From IMG/VR virus record IMGVR_UViG_3300008266_011056: a stretch of DNA of 64,000 nucleotides; one strand, written 5' to 3'. The position numbers were made by a program, and so were the translations under genes. Positions 50,301 to 59,688 of this stretch are shown here, in pieces. Below the pieces are notes generated by a model, which had not been told where the DNA came from, made no database searches, and saw nothing but the letters and a program-made list of their open reading frames with translations. Within the stretch, counting starts at the first letter, position 1. The number at the start of each line of letters is the position of its first letter. The DNA comes from an uncultured virus (IMG/VR IMGVR_UViG_3300008266_011056) (taxonomy: Duplodnaviria; Heunggongvirae; Uroviricota; Caudoviricetes).

Positions 50301-50838
50301 TTTGTGAAGGGCAAAATACAAAAAAACCGTTAGTAAAAAAAACAGAATCTTGGATGTTGTAAACTTTGGACTTACCAGAGAACAATGCATTGTCAGTTAA
50401 AGTTACTGTGGTAGTGGTTCCCTCAATAACAATCGCTTCACCGGCCTGAAATGTTTCGGTACCATCAATGTATTGAAAATGGAGGGCAGGTGGGTATGTT
50501 ACGCTATCGAAAACTTCATATGGGGTTACCTGAATAACTCGAGCTCTCGCACCTGAAGTTACACCTACAATAACTTTATCTACAAATTCGGTAGGGGTAG
50601 AGGTCCCTGTGATAGTTACATAATCTATAACGTAAAAAAATGTTTTACCACCTAAAATTATAGTTCCTTCTTTGAATACATTAGTACCCATTGCTGCAAT
50701 CTGATTCTGAAGAATCGATTGCATTTGAGTTAATTCACGAGCTTGAACTGAACGACTAGGTTTATATAATATGCGATAATATCTTGAGCTCGGTGAAAAA
50801 TCATCATGGTAAGGAGCTACATTAAAATCAATTGCCAT
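44356..50838 (-). CDS. Very large baseplate/fibre-network structural protein (DUF4815-like)
   Basis: FNVAPYHDDF, VQARELTQMQSILQNQI, APGADR, ARRTYDESGDY, NKRYTMRDIGKLERRI, DPVAQTF; 2160 aa. Confidence 0.82.
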   Translation of the reverse strand: MAIDFNVAPYHDDFSPSSRYYRILYKPSRSVQARELTQMQSILQNQIAAMGTNVFKEGTIILGGKTFFYVIDYVTITGTSTPTEFVDKVIVGVTSGARARVIQVTPYEVFDSVTYPPALHFQYIDGTETFQAGEAIVIEGTTTTVTLTDNALFSGKSKVYNIQDSVFFTNGFFVFCPSQTAVVGRLTSVPSAIIGLKIKEGIANSDDDPSLLDPAVGSNNYFAPGADRYFIDLELSVINFDPDVEGSEDQEIPNFIQLAKCYYGDLLNPPLKTDFNEVESMMARRTYDESGDYTVRPFIAQVVNHRYGSNLAHSIKVSTGKAYVRGYEFETTAPLYLTLDRALDTARDSDFPVVLSYGNYIQINEPTGMFYPTKAELVYLSRSTAPNVSYSSNAAFQANVVGTARVRYVDWSGTGNVYNMYLYNIAMKTDNVTGASNVFSETNSIISATISGASVTPLANSNVLSFGNAAIISPQRDNTSLFLIPQRFVKTLTPNAVSNISFLGGTLFEDVQFTSVGGGKSSGQIEVGLPNRFTGTGELSATLSNSYYQGVVVTSASGPPVGTRLIFGVTGKSNVVVSSTSSLSRSTLTVTDGGSFTANIFAVVNYRQGSAGSKLKNANTRVKVVTADPDGNVTGNLLAVISLDYPDVSAINSVIDATGNSAASFFTLDTGLRDDYYEHATLRALPGNNIPLLNVTTNPNLTITYTVLEHTDVNQTGYFTVDSYQNLDFADIPTYTNAQGRKVNLSDVLDFRAVRLPNSNTFVSPVVPVPDSTFTTTVDYYLPRKDKIVITKDRKMKVIKGVPAKTPTLPSDLTDAMTIYTITLAPYTARPEDVKLVYNENKRYTMRDIGKLERRINKLEYYTALSFLEKIAADEKVPSALPGIDRFKNGIMVDSFAGHSVSDVGNKDLRCSIDYERRLLRPMFVADSYLYSVLPQSNNFKLSGDILTIDYREAIGVVDQTLASNTVPLMPFAVFNWVGTMKLSPQTDFWKDTKTNPAVIFNLNGENDPFTIIEPKNGFNATASQMKFSNWENTGITDLQVTGSTEVRVDNNLELKTDGLNLSAGITSQATATTTVNTSYKQVQGRVGLEINSAERVINASIGNRIVDSSLLPYIRPRTIEFVAQQLKPNTKLFATFDNIDVSDYVFPAARIRINSNLNNANVRYLSNTMSGGGLYANASVIFQRKDGPNVTVLFVRHSGQSNVFAVGNVATLYLDTGVTATHAVTGVTFPSTEDGLITTERGEAVGVFAIPNNDAMRFNVGERAFRLSNSLNRDLEETVAETIYLAQGITQTREEAIVATRVKDVSINPVFQTKAGATVNKTTSTTVTGPATSAESNSVALPGGSSRTLFCGEGAKASGGIGSAVGNPNNPGSAPGTGIGVDVGTGQGVHDFRINLGVKTGLVRIRCWHTPAIINTYTTGVMGGFMSWTSVKASDSGQPEKFTVRYRGEEYTTGFIGNRNFNQRLLDLGYEDVFSAPPGGFADITFFKHDIGEEFCHITVDAPMPGTGWQFAAIACPNTLPETAPGQCSIRAADAHAFFIEEDARRTLQTVHGISGVVLSEVDREVIRTSRSKGDYKFTISNPSQARTSRTYKAEDDSVYTDRSITINSISVDTSKMTALDNFSYEIITTGESKGNDDAEGLNPDRTDARLGGRWTNTLGSLPVTLLPGQSRTFSLRLFKDSPRPSVGRSKGPKGRLIVTADVEGPTGPATLAKVNAITGKLEIDTVVGSSARSTTVQYYDPVAQTFIVDARSFPDGYFLSSIDLWFQSKDPVQPVQIQIRPAIEGRPSADIVLPFGTKTLAAEDIVASTTFDQSKFTRFKFDTPVYLTPQEYAVVVLCMSTEARLYISTLGQFKLGTTTPERIREQPYLGELFLSQNARSWVPEPLSDLTIRVNRARFLTENTANVTMASTTPVANTEYDLFYTQGDLIEFADTFTSYAFLTSTPSYDGGGNIIGALSDIQYLRYNLGTNYPLNTRKVVLRASGETLKLNLLMASTSDYISPVIDMGRLGSVLVRNIINNDATGEDGIAGGNAQARYITRKVVLNPDFESQDIKVYLNAFLPKNSSIKVYYKVNAPGTTNFELENRWTLMYETNKVGNEREGFAEFIFETSPTLNDPFTTALPDGAKFSIFQIKIVMLSDDTTKVPIIRDLRAIAFDE

Positions 50839-50848
50839 TTTTTACCTA

Positions 50849-53827
50849 TTAGAATGTAAATACTGTTAACAATGAAACTGCTTGTTCTGTAGAAGGGGTA
50901 AATGCAAGACGATTGTCTATGTACATTAAATCTCCGGAATATTTATCCACGGCTGGTTTAGTAATTCCAGTGGCTACAAAGGCCTCACCTGTGTCAGTAA
51001 AGAAATTTTCACCCACAGTTGGATCAATATTATCTAATGCTTGTACTAAAACGCCAGTAGTAGTAGAAGCTACTATGAGAAACTTACCACCGGAGAATGT
51101 ACTAGTAATTATTCTATCTGGTGCAAAAACACTAGGACTCATCACTCCCGAAATTACCCAGCATGCAGAACCGATAGATTCATTAAAATACCTTGGATCA
51201 TCATAATTTGAAATAGATTTTATGATACCAAATTGACGATAGTCGTTATCTACATCAAACCCTTGATTAGTATCGTCAGAAACATTACTATAAAAAGCTA
51301 TAGCTCTTGCAAATAATTCTTGAACAATATCTTTACCGTGCCCTCCTTTAGGAGGGTAAATAGCGCGAGCGGACGCACCTCTTCCAACTTCTGAAATAAT
51401 ATTAACGTTAGCTTTGGAGTACCCTGTGCCCGGGGTAATTATGTTTATTTTAGTTACCTTACCACCTAACACTGACGCTGTGGCGGTAGCACCTGTACCA
51501 TCTCCAGTAATAGTAACATTGGCGGTAGTACCAGGGTAGCTGTACCCCCCGGATATAACTTTTGCCGCGTGAATGCCGCCCTCGTTAGCTAATAGTTCAA
51601 TAGAAGATTGTAGTGATATAAGATCTCCAGGTGAAAAATCTATGAAGAATTTTGCATTAGACCCGTCACCAATAACATTTATAACTGCATATGTATATCC
51701 TGTACCACCGTCATCTATAGCTACTCTAACAATTCTACCGTTATCTAAAATTGGTCTAATTAGAGCTTCTGATTTTGTAACTGCAATTGAGCCAGCAGCG
51801 TTGGTTCCATTACCGGAAATAGTTAAGTTAGGAGTATAATTATACCCAGAACCATACTTTAACACTGCAGTAGCTTCGGCGTGAGTACCAGCTATTGTGA
51901 CATTAGCTCCACCTAATTTAACTGTACCTACTACATGGGTAGGGGCTGTGGTGTTTAGGAAATTTGATCTATATAAACTTACCGTAGCTGTAGCAATATT
52001 TCCTTCAAACCTTAAGTTGGAAGTACCTAATTGTTGTGTACCGGATACATGTAATGGAGCTGTGGTATTTAAGTTACCTGTATTTAAAACGGTGTATAAG
52101 TTACTTAAATAGAATATTTGAGTATTTGCTATAACATTTAAATTAGCTGCCCATTGATCTCCAATAACTACCGTTGGTGCTGATGTATAATCGTTACCAA
52201 TATTAGTTATGAAAATATTTGCAATAGCATTATTATGAATTTGAGCAAAAGCCGATAAGTTATTACCCCCACCACCAACAAATGTTACGTTAGGTGCTTT
52301 AATATAACCATTTCCTAGAGCTAGACCACTACCACCATATGTGACATTAGCTTCTCTTATAGTACCATCAATATCTACATCTGTAATAGTGTATAGATAT
52401 TCACCATTATAAATTTGTTCATTAAGTTCAACTTTAGCATTTGCTACCCATGGGCGCCCTACCACAACCGTAGGAGGTGAAGTATATCCAGAACCAATAT
52501 TCGTTATAACATACGAAACTACTGATCCATTTGAAACGACTGCATATGCATTTGCTCCAGACCCACTACCTCCAGTAAAGGATATAGTTGGAGCATAAGC
52601 GTATCCAGTACCGCTATCGATAGCAGTAATAGATCTTAAACTACCATCTGGTACGATAGAGGTTACTTGACCGCTAGAAATTACTGCATTAGCAGTTGCA
52701 CGCTTGCCTAAGAATTTTAAACCTGTAGACCCATTGGCTTCTACACCTACCGTGTGAACAGGAGGTTGTGTAGAAGTTGTACCTCCATTTACAACGATGT
52801 AATAGTTATTATCATAATTTAAATACGTACCTACATACACTAAGAGATTTGGTAACCATGTAGATGAACCAAATACAGGAGGGTCAATAGAAACCGTAGC
52901 GGTCGAGTATCCTGAGCCGCTATTAGTTATCGTAAATGTAGACAAGTAATACTGATCACCGGCTAGATAACCATCACCTGTGATGGTGAGTGAAGCAGTA
53001 TTATAATTATTTCCAGTGTCTAATATACTAATTTTTTTAATCTCACCACCGGAATAAAACGCTTCATTTACGGCTCTAACAATAGGTACTTTTGTTCTTG
53101 AAGCAAATTTATGTCTTAAAGAAGGAGGAACTGAACCCATGTATTTCCAAACGTAACCGTCTGGCAGAGAGAAGGCATCAAATCCTGTATCAGTTGGTTT
53201 AAATGTTGATCTTCCACCGTTGTTATTGTCTAAACATTTGTAAATATTAAATTCATCATTGACAACATAAAAATTAGAGGACTGTAGGTTAGCAGCCCCA
53301 GAAGTGGCACGAGAGAGTACGGCGATTGCATTTGCATTACTTCCATAAGGATCAGTAATAGTAACTGTAGGAGTAGAATTATAACCATACCCCCTATCGG
53401 TCATAACAATACTTGTAATTATCCCGGTGTTAGTTAGTGCATTAGCTTTAGCACCAAATCCCCCACCACCAGAAATAGTTACAGTTGGGTTATTAGAATA
53501 CCCTGTACCCCCTGACACCAAATTGATACCGTCTAACTCATCAGAAATTCTATCATCATACATGTCATAAACGGTATCAGATGTCCAATTAACTCTATCA
53601 ATAATTAAACTAACATCCCCTGGTCTAATTTCTTTAACAATAACAATATTTCTTCTTACTTCTCTTTCATATTCTACACTATCAACCGGCAACGGAGGGT
53701 CTGTTTCATCTGACCATGTTAATACTTTACCAAGGAAATAGTAGTATCTCCCTGCTCGTGTATTAATTTCATTAAGTAAAGATTCAGCAACACTGCCGTG
53801 CAGCAGCGGTTTAATTAGTGTTGACAT
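50849..53827 (-). CDS. gp8: Baseplate wedge protein gp8-like with a large repeat insertion
   Basis: R.NW....YDMYDD, FYVVN.EFNIYKCLDNN, DGYVWKYM, PPKGGHG, DYRQFGII, SGDLMYIDNR. Confidence 0.85.
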   Translation of the reverse strand: MSTLIKPLLHGSVAESLLNEINTRAGRYYYFLGKVLTWSDETDPPLPVDSVEYEREVRRNIVIVKEIRPGDVSLIIDRVNWTSDTVYDMYDDRISDELDGINLVSGGTGYSNNPTVTISGGGGFGAKANALTNTGIITSIVMTDRGYGYNSTPTVTITDPYGSNANAIAVLSRATSGAANLQSSNFYVVNDEFNIYKCLDNNNGGRSTFKPTDTGFDAFSLPDGYVWKYMGSVPPSLRHKFASRTKVPIVRAVNEAFYSGGEIKKISILDTGNNYNTASLTITGDGYLAGDQYYLSTFTITNSGSGYSTATVSIDPPVFGSSTWLPNLLVYVGTYLNYDNNYYIVVNGGTTSTQPPVHTVGVEANGSTGLKFLGKRATANAVISSGQVTSIVPDGSLRSITAIDSGTGYAYAPTISFTGGSGSGANAYAVVSNGSVVSYVITNIGSGYTSPPTVVVGRPWVANAKVELNEQIYNGEYLYTITDVDIDGTIREANVTYGGSGLALGNGYIKAPNVTFVGGGGNNLSAFAQIHNNAIANIFITNIGNDYTSAPTVVIGDQWAANLNVIANTQIFYLSNLYTVLNTGNLNTTAPLHVSGTQQLGTSNLRFEGNIATATVSLYRSNFLNTTAPTHVVGTVKLGGANVTIAGTHAEATAVLKYGSGYNYTPNLTISGNGTNAAGSIAVTKSEALIRPILDNGRIVRVAIDDGGTGYTYAVINVIGDGSNAKFFIDFSPGDLISLQSSIELLANEGGIHAAKVISGGYSYPGTTANVTITGDGTGATATASVLGGKVTKINIITPGTGYSKANVNIISEVGRGASARAIYPPKGGHGKDIVQELFARAIAFYSNVSDDTNQGFDVDNDYRQFGIIKSISNYDDPRYFNESIGSACWVISGVMSPSVFAPDRIITSTFSGGKFLIVASTTTGVLVQALDNIDPTVGENFFTDTGEAFVATGITKPAVDKYSGDLMYIDNRLAFTPSTEQAVSLLTVFTF

Positions 53828-53830
53828 ATT

Positions 53831-54280
53831 TTAAATTAACGATACTGTCCAAGAAATAGTAATGGTGTCAGTGGTTTGCTTGTTAATTACAGGAAATACT
53901 GTACGGCATAGCATTGTGTTTGCCGAATTAAAAACACCGGCTTCAGTTAACGCTGCACTTGTACCTGGTTCATTAGGTAAAAATGTTGCTGTATAAACAA
54001 CAGTATTTGCTGATGGTGAACCACCTACAGGTGAAAGTGCATTTAATTGTACTTGAGCACCTAACTGCGTATCTGATGTAGTTGCTGGGGTTGAAGATGT
54101 ACCAATACCCATAGTTGACATAACCGGTGTAGTATTAGCAGCCATACGTGATGCAATAAATGTTTTACCATTTGCAACAACAGTATTTGGTACTTCGGTT
54201 TTTGTTACATTACCATCTTTATCTGTTTTGGTAATTAACAGAGTACCTTTCAATTGTAGTGTCTCATTTAAGCCACTCAT
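53831..54280 (-). CDS. Baseplate/tail-collar-associated virion protein
   Basis: N.VV..GK...MGIGT...DTQL...ALTEAGVFN...MLCRTVF.VINK...ISW; beta-sandwich pattern of tail-collar-type domains. Confidence 0.6.
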   Translation of the reverse strand: MSGLNETLQLKGTLLITKTDKDGNVTKTEVPNTVVANGKTFIASRMAANTTPVMSTMGIGTSSTPATTSDTQLGAQVQLNALSPVGGSPSANTVVYTATFLPNEPGTSAALTEAGVFNSANTMLCRTVFPVINKQTTDTITISWTVSLI

Positions 54281-54290
54281 TTAAATCTCC

Positions 54291-56516
54291 TTAAAACGTT
54301 GTTAAATCACCAACATACTGCTCTGCAAAATATTCGTTAGGTATGTTAGAGTAATTGGAAAGAAAAATACTACCAGAATCAGAGTTATTAACGTTACTAG
54401 ATAAAACCAGACTATCAACTGAAACTACCAGGTTATCTTGTATAGCAACATTATTAGTCTTGACAATATTTATGTTGCTAGAAAGATTATCTAAAACTTG
54501 ATCGACAGAATTTAATACTGCATTTATAGTAAAAATTGCATTTTCTGATAGTAAAAATTGATTATCAGACTGAATAGATGTAAAATTTATAGTAGCTAAA
54601 TCGTTGGAAAATACCTCATCCTCACCTATACCTTTTACTATAGTTACATCTTTTAATATATCATCATTTATACTAGAATTACTACCTAGTACCTTATTTA
54701 CATTAGCAAGAAACTCGTCTACCTGAGATGATAATGAAACAGGGTTTATGATTATGTTGGCAATCGTATTAGCAGATGCTACAGTCGTGTTACTTTCATA
54801 AACTGTTGATATATTAAATATTGCTAGATCATTTGAAACAAGTAAATCACCTGCATCACCTCTAATTATATTAATATTAGCAGATGAATTATCATCTAAT
54901 GCATTAACGGTGCTTAAAACTTTGCTAACGTTAGAAATAATATTTTCAACATTAACAGTAATATTGGATATATTAGCAAGATATCTAGTTAAGTGTCTTA
55001 ATGTTACGTTTGCAAAACTTGTTTGGTTAGTGGTAAGAACCTTGGCAAAGACTTTAGAGAATACATTATCACTTGGAGTAGTATTAGAACTACGAACTTT
55101 TGTTACTTGTTTAGTAGCAATATCAGAAGTGCTGAAAATATCCAGAACAGTAGTACGTAAGAAGTCGAAGGTAGTACCAACGGTCGGAATAGCATCAATT
55201 TCATTTAGCATTCTTAATTCACCAATCAGGTTAGTGCCTGCTGGGTGTAGAATATCTAAAATTGCTCTCTTATAGTCTTGTAAACGTTTATTAGAAACTA
55301 CTACATAGGTGTATGGGGTATAATAGTTAGCATCAGCTACATTAATTGTACTATCGCTTAAGAATCCTTTATTTGTTTTGTAATAACCCGGGTAGTTAAT
55401 TCTCGATCCAACTTTTATATCTAGAACCGCTTCGTATTTTTCTTCTGCACCGAAATAGATATCACCTTGATTAACTGGGCCGTAATTAAAGACTCTAACA
55501 ACTTCGTCACAATAATCACCAGCTACATATGATCCATCAGCATAGGTTGGTTTAGTTATTCTACCAAAATCTGAAAGACCGACATATTGGTCAACAATCG
55601 AGACATTGCCTGTGGCAGTGTTAAATAGAAATGTGGGCGGGGTAATTAATACCTGTGAAACAATAGTGGCAAAAAAATTAATGTCATACCCAGAACCAAC
55701 TCTTAAAAGTTCTGCATTCTTAACACCACCATTCTCATCAACCGAAGTAACTTTTACATAAGCTCCAATACCTCTTGGAAAAGATTTGACTTCAAAAGTA
55801 TCACCAATTTTAAACCCGATACCTGGCTTAATAACAGAAACTGAACTAGGTACCCCTAGAACTTTACCCCTGTATCCTCCTACTTCAACAATATCACCGA
55901 TATTAACCGGTATTCCTATTCTGTCAATTTCAAAATCAAAAATAGTAGTACTCGTACTAATAGCACCAGTTACTACATTAGTAACGGCTGTGACAGTTTT
56001 TTTACTCTTAAGAGTTATAGGATTTACTGTAGATGTAGATAAAATTACACCCGGTACATTAACAGCTGTATCAGGGTTACCGTTTAAAGTTTCAAGCTGT
56101 ATTATTGTAGACTGCTGCCATGTACCACTAGATGGAATTAATATATCATCTCTAGGGTAGTATAGATTTACCTTCTCTTTGTATAATAATTGAAATAGAA
56201 GATAAAAAGACTTTTCACTACCTTTAAAGTTATAAAGGTCTTTAATATATTTGGTTAGAATTGTTTTATCAGAAAGTACATCTCTTGGAATATTATCACA
56301 ATATTCTCTTAAAAAATACTCAATGAATTCTGTAGTAGTACGATCAATATCTCTATAGCTAACAGCGTTTTGTAGAATTTCTTGAGCATTTTGATCTTGC
56401 TCTAAAAATTCATAATACGCTTCTAAAAAAGCTATGAAGGTAGGATAGTCTGACTGGATGAATTCCGGTAGCTGACTTGCTACCAGTTTCGATAATCTTT
56501 CTTTTATTCGTGACAT
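54291..56516 (-). CDS. Baseplate wedge protein gp7-like
   Basis: QLPEFI...FLEAYYEFL, IKDLY..KGSE.SF..LF, GFLS, YY..YTYV, HPAG; located after gp6. Confidence 0.75.
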   Translation of the reverse strand: MSRIKERLSKLVASQLPEFIQSDYPTFIAFLEAYYEFLEQDQNAQEILQNAVSYRDIDRTTTEFIEYFLREYCDNIPRDVLSDKTILTKYIKDLYNFKGSEKSFYLLFQLLYKEKVNLYYPRDDILIPSSGTWQQSTIIQLETLNGNPDTAVNVPGVILSTSTVNPITLKSKKTVTAVTNVVTGAISTSTTIFDFEIDRIGIPVNIGDIVEVGGYRGKVLGVPSSVSVIKPGIGFKIGDTFEVKSFPRGIGAYVKVTSVDENGGVKNAELLRVGSGYDINFFATIVSQVLITPPTFLFNTATGNVSIVDQYVGLSDFGRITKPTYADGSYVAGDYCDEVVRVFNYGPVNQGDIYFGAEEKYEAVLDIKVGSRINYPGYYKTNKGFLSDSTINVADANYYTPYTYVVVSNKRLQDYKRAILDILHPAGTNLIGELRMLNEIDAIPTVGTTFDFLRTTVLDIFSTSDIATKQVTKVRSSNTTPSDNVFSKVFAKVLTTNQTSFANVTLRHLTRYLANISNITVNVENIISNVSKVLSTVNALDDNSSANINIIRGDAGDLLVSNDLAIFNISTVYESNTTVASANTIANIIINPVSLSSQVDEFLANVNKVLGSNSSINDDILKDVTIVKGIGEDEVFSNDLATINFTSIQSDNQFLLSENAIFTINAVLNSVDQVLDNLSSNINIVKTNNVAIQDNLVVSVDSLVLSSNVNNSDSGSIFLSNYSNIPNEYFAEQYVGDLTTF

Positions 56517-58357
56517 TATACTGCTGTAACCTGAATGGTTAAACCTGAGACTCTATTTGCTTCTTCAAACGCAACAGTATTATCCAGATCTATTACTTGA
56601 TTTCTTAATACCGAAACATCTGTGGAATTTTCTTGTAGCTTAGCATTTATCCTAATATCAAATACACCGGTTGGAAAACCTACTGGGGTAAACCCGTTAA
56701 TCTTCATTTCACCGGTTGCATAATTTACAGTTCCAATAGTATCAATAGTTACCATAGTAATAGGGTTATACATCACAATGGTACCCGTTCCATCATAACT
56801 AGGAGGCATAGTGTCGGGGGCGTCTCTCAATCTAACTGGAATAAGATCGCCACCTATACTAATAAAAAATCTCGTAGATTCAATTTCACCTGGGTGAAGT
56901 CGATTATTAAAGTTTAGAGTATTTTCATCAGTATATGCATTAGAAACATTCAATATGGGTATAATTCTTTTTTGTATGGCTATTTCAGCGTTAGAACTAA
57001 CAATAGAAGGATTACAGTTATTCAATTCTTCTAACAGCTGTGAGTAATAGAAATTTTTACCAAAAGCTTGAACATTGTTTACAAAGAAGTTGTTAACAGT
57101 GGTTCTTGCTAGACTTTCAATAGATGTTACTGGTAAAGTTGTTAAATTTTTATTATATTTTAAAACAACTTCTAAATTAAGATATGTATATTCAGGATCT
57201 ATAAACTCAGGAGTGACTACTAGAATTTGCCTGTCTTTGAGCAAATCATTTTTAATACTTTCTTTTGTACCTGTATCAATAACAAACCCAGGTTCAGGAG
57301 CAAGAGTAATAAAAACTTTACCATATGCTGGGGGAACATTTTCCTCACCACCCCATACTGATACAGATTTAATCCCTGGGTAGTATGTTTTTATTAATGT
57401 TTGATAATCGGATTTATTAACTGCTCTATCTTTAGCTAAATTAGCTCGAGGTGCATTGAAGCGAATAGAGTCGATAGATTCTCTAGCTGTACCACCATTA
57501 GAATTTTGAACTGTAGTAACAGCTACTGTAGTGGAACCACCTATAGGAGCTGCTGCAGTAAACGATTGATCGATGACATTAGATACATTTCCATTTGTAC
57601 CCGAGCTAACCAGATATCTTATTGTTACAATATTACCTGCTACTAGCTTTTTACCTAAAATACCGTCACCAAAAAACAATTCGTAATTGCCCAGTGCATT
57701 TTCTTCTATAAAAAAGATATTAGAATCCCCGTCATAATTTGAAATGTCGGTAGCTCGAATAAAAGATTCTAACGTAGCATCATTATTAGATTTTTGAACG
57801 GTAACATATAACGTAGAAATATCAACATCGGAGTTAGGTATTACAAATTTTTCTGATGGATTTCCTGTTTGTACGACATAAGAGTATTCTAATAATTTAC
57901 CTTCTTTTATACTAACATCTGAAAATAAGTAAACACCATTAACCGGTGAGATAGATACAGGTTCAATATTTAAGAATGTGAATGGAGAGCCGTCTATTAA
58001 ACAGGTAAAAGGAGTATAACGTTCTAGAGTAAGTGTTACAGGAAATCCAACCGGGTTGGTTACTACAATATCTACTTTAGCGACCGCTCCTGTTACAGAC
58101 GTAGGAGTATAACCTAAATGTTTTGCAATAGATACTGCTGATGCTCTTTTGACAGCTGAATCAAGAAACATTTCATTCATTACCATATTTGCCAAATAAG
58201 CATTGTAATGAGTGTTGTAAGCTAGTACATCTAACAATATTGATAGACCCGAACCTTCAAAATCGTAATCTGAAAATTCAGATTGACTTTGAAGAAAAGT
58301 TTTTAGGTTGGTTTTGATAGTATCAAAATCAAGCTCTGCAATTCGTAAATTTGCCAT
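56516..58357 (-). CDS. gp6: Baseplate wedge subunit
   Basis: LDFDTIK, DYDFEGSGLSILLDVLAYNTHY, FGDGILGK, RAV..SDY, VWGGE...YGKVFI. Confidence 0.95.
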   Translation of the reverse strand: MANLRIAELDFDTIKTNLKTFLQSQSEFSDYDFEGSGLSILLDVLAYNTHYNAYLANMVMNEMFLDSAVKRASAVSIAKHLGYTPTSVTGAVAKVDIVVTNPVGFPVTLTLERYTPFTCLIDGSPFTFLNIEPVSISPVNGVYLFSDVSIKEGKLLEYSYVVQTGNPSEKFVIPNSDVDISTLYVTVQKSNNDATLESFIRATDISNYDGDSNIFFIEENALGNYELFFGDGILGKKLVAGNIVTIRYLVSSGTNGNVSNVIDQSFTAAAPIGGSTTVAVTTVQNSNGGTARESIDSIRFNAPRANLAKDRAVNKSDYQTLIKTYYPGIKSVSVWGGEENVPPAYGKVFITLAPEPGFVIDTGTKESIKNDLLKDRQILVVTPEFIDPEYTYLNLEVVLKYNKNLTTLPVTSIESLARTTVNNFFVNNVQAFGKNFYYSQLLEELNNCNPSIVSSNAEIAIQKRIIPILNVSNAYTDENTLNFNNRLHPGEIESTRFFISIGGDLIPVRLRDAPDTMPPSYDGTGTIVMYNPITMVTIDTIGTVNYATGEMKINGFTPVGFPTGVFDIRINAKLQENSTDVSVLRNQVIDLDNTVAFEEANRVSGLTIQVTAV

Positions 58358-58756
58358 TTATCTTATTCTTGTTAGAGTTGTACTTATGACTACAGGTTCC
58401 TGTGTATTATTAATTGTAAAATATACATCTACTCTAATTCCATTATTATCAATATCAGGATCAATTACAACGTTGTCTAATGTTACTCTAGGCTCAAATT
58501 TTTCTAAAGCCTGAGCGATAGTTCTTTGCATTACTTGAATAGTAACCGGAGTTACATTTTCAAATAATAAGCTGTGTACTTGGCAACCTATTTCCGGATG
58601 AAAAGGTCTTTCATAATTTTTAGTCAGAATAATATTACGCACCGAAGCCTTGATAGCTTCGACATCAGTTTTCTTTGTAACATCCCCGGTTGTAGGATGT
58701 CTCGAAAATAACAGATTAATATCTGAGTATCTTCTATGTGTTTTTAAGGTGGCCAT
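58358..58756 (-). CDS. gp25: Baseplate wedge subunit gp25
   Basis: YSDINL.F..HP, AIKASVRNIILT...ERPFHPEIG, FEPRV. Confidence 0.93.
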   Translation of the reverse strand: MATLKTHRRYSDINLLFSRHPTTGDVTKKTDVEAIKASVRNIILTKNYERPFHPEIGCQVHSLLFENVTPVTIQVMQRTIAQALEKFEPRVTLDNVVIDPDIDNNGIRVDVYFTINNTQEPVVISTTLTRIR

Positions 58757-58761
58757 AGTAA

Positions 58762-58769
58762 TATTTATC
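58762..58769 (-). promoter_or_regulatory. Late promoter-like element upstream of gp25
   Basis: GATAAATA located 5 nt before the gp25 ATG. Confidence 0.5.
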
Positions 58770-58782
58770 TTAAATTTTTACG

Positions 58783-59076
58783 TTAACCGCCTGCAAAAAC
58801 ATTAGGAGATCCGGTTGCTACAGAGGTACACCCTGAAATAGAATCACCAACTCGCCCGGCTCCTAGGTTTTCTACTTTTACAGAAGAAGAGCCAGACGAT
58901 ATTCCAGCCACGTGAATAGAACATGGATCATCATTTGGAATAAGATGTGGGGTATTAATATGCCCCTGGCAACTCCACGGAATACCGTTTACATAGGTTC
59001 TGGTTGCTCCTTGTGCTCTAGCAGGAGTTGAGCAATGGGTTATATCTAAATCACCAATTCTAGTTGCAGCAGGCAT
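58783..59076 (-). CDS. PAAR-repeat spike tip protein (gp5.4-like)
   Basis: MPAATRIGD..H, GRVGDSISGC..VATGSPNVFAGG, with His/Cys metal ligands. Confidence 0.92.
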   Translation of the reverse strand: MPAATRIGDLDITHCSTPARAQGATRTYVNGIPWSCQGHINTPHLIPNDDPCSIHVAGISSGSSSVKVENLGAGRVGDSISGCTSVATGSPNVFAGG

Positions 59077-59085
59077 ATTAGTTCC

Positions 59086-59688
59086 TTAACAGTTAGAAGG
59101 AATGACCCAGCCAGCTGGGTCTGATGTGTAATAACCGATTGGATTTATAGTAGAACCAGATCCATCGGCCATATTTCTACCACTATGTAATTGATTACAA
59201 ATAAATTGTAATCTCTCGTACCACCTAGTAGGAATTAGATGTATTTTTTGAGATCTTGTTGTAGGTGCACCATCTACTAAAAAAGTATAAATGGCTGTTT
59301 TTTCATCTGACATATCTGGTTGAAAGCTAATTAATTTGTCAAATACAGTACCGACATCGTTTTCAAAAGTAGCATATAACGATTCACCTCCAGATGCTGA
59401 AGAGTAAGTATGTGTCGTCTTGTTTACTGAATTATAACCTATAAAAGTATTGTTTGTTGCAATATCCGTACAATACTTACCTGTAAATGTAAATAGGTAG
59501 GTATAATATGCAGGTGGAGCTCCTGGCCCGGGTGTAATAGAAGTTAATGTAACTATAGGCCCAGATATTACAATACCGTCAACTTTTACATCCACAAATA
59601 CAACACCCCCTGTAGGTGATATAGAATTAAAAGTCTCAGTTTCACCTGGTATTGTTCTAAACTGTGTTCCGTAAGTACTTAGCGGCAT
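59086..59688 (-). CDS. Hypothetical protein
   Basis: 200-aa ORF in the baseplate operon, overlapping the upstream gene; no motif recognised. Confidence 0.6.
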   Translation of the reverse strand: MPLSTYGTQFRTIPGETETFNSISPTGGVVFVDVKVDGIVISGPIVTLTSITPGPGAPPAYYTYLFTFTGKYCTDIATNNTFIGYNSVNKTTHTYSSASGGESLYATFENDVGTVFDKLISFQPDMSDEKTAIYTFLVDGAPTTRSQKIHLIPTRWYERLQFICNQLHSGRNMADGSGSTINPIGYYTSDPAGWVIPSNC

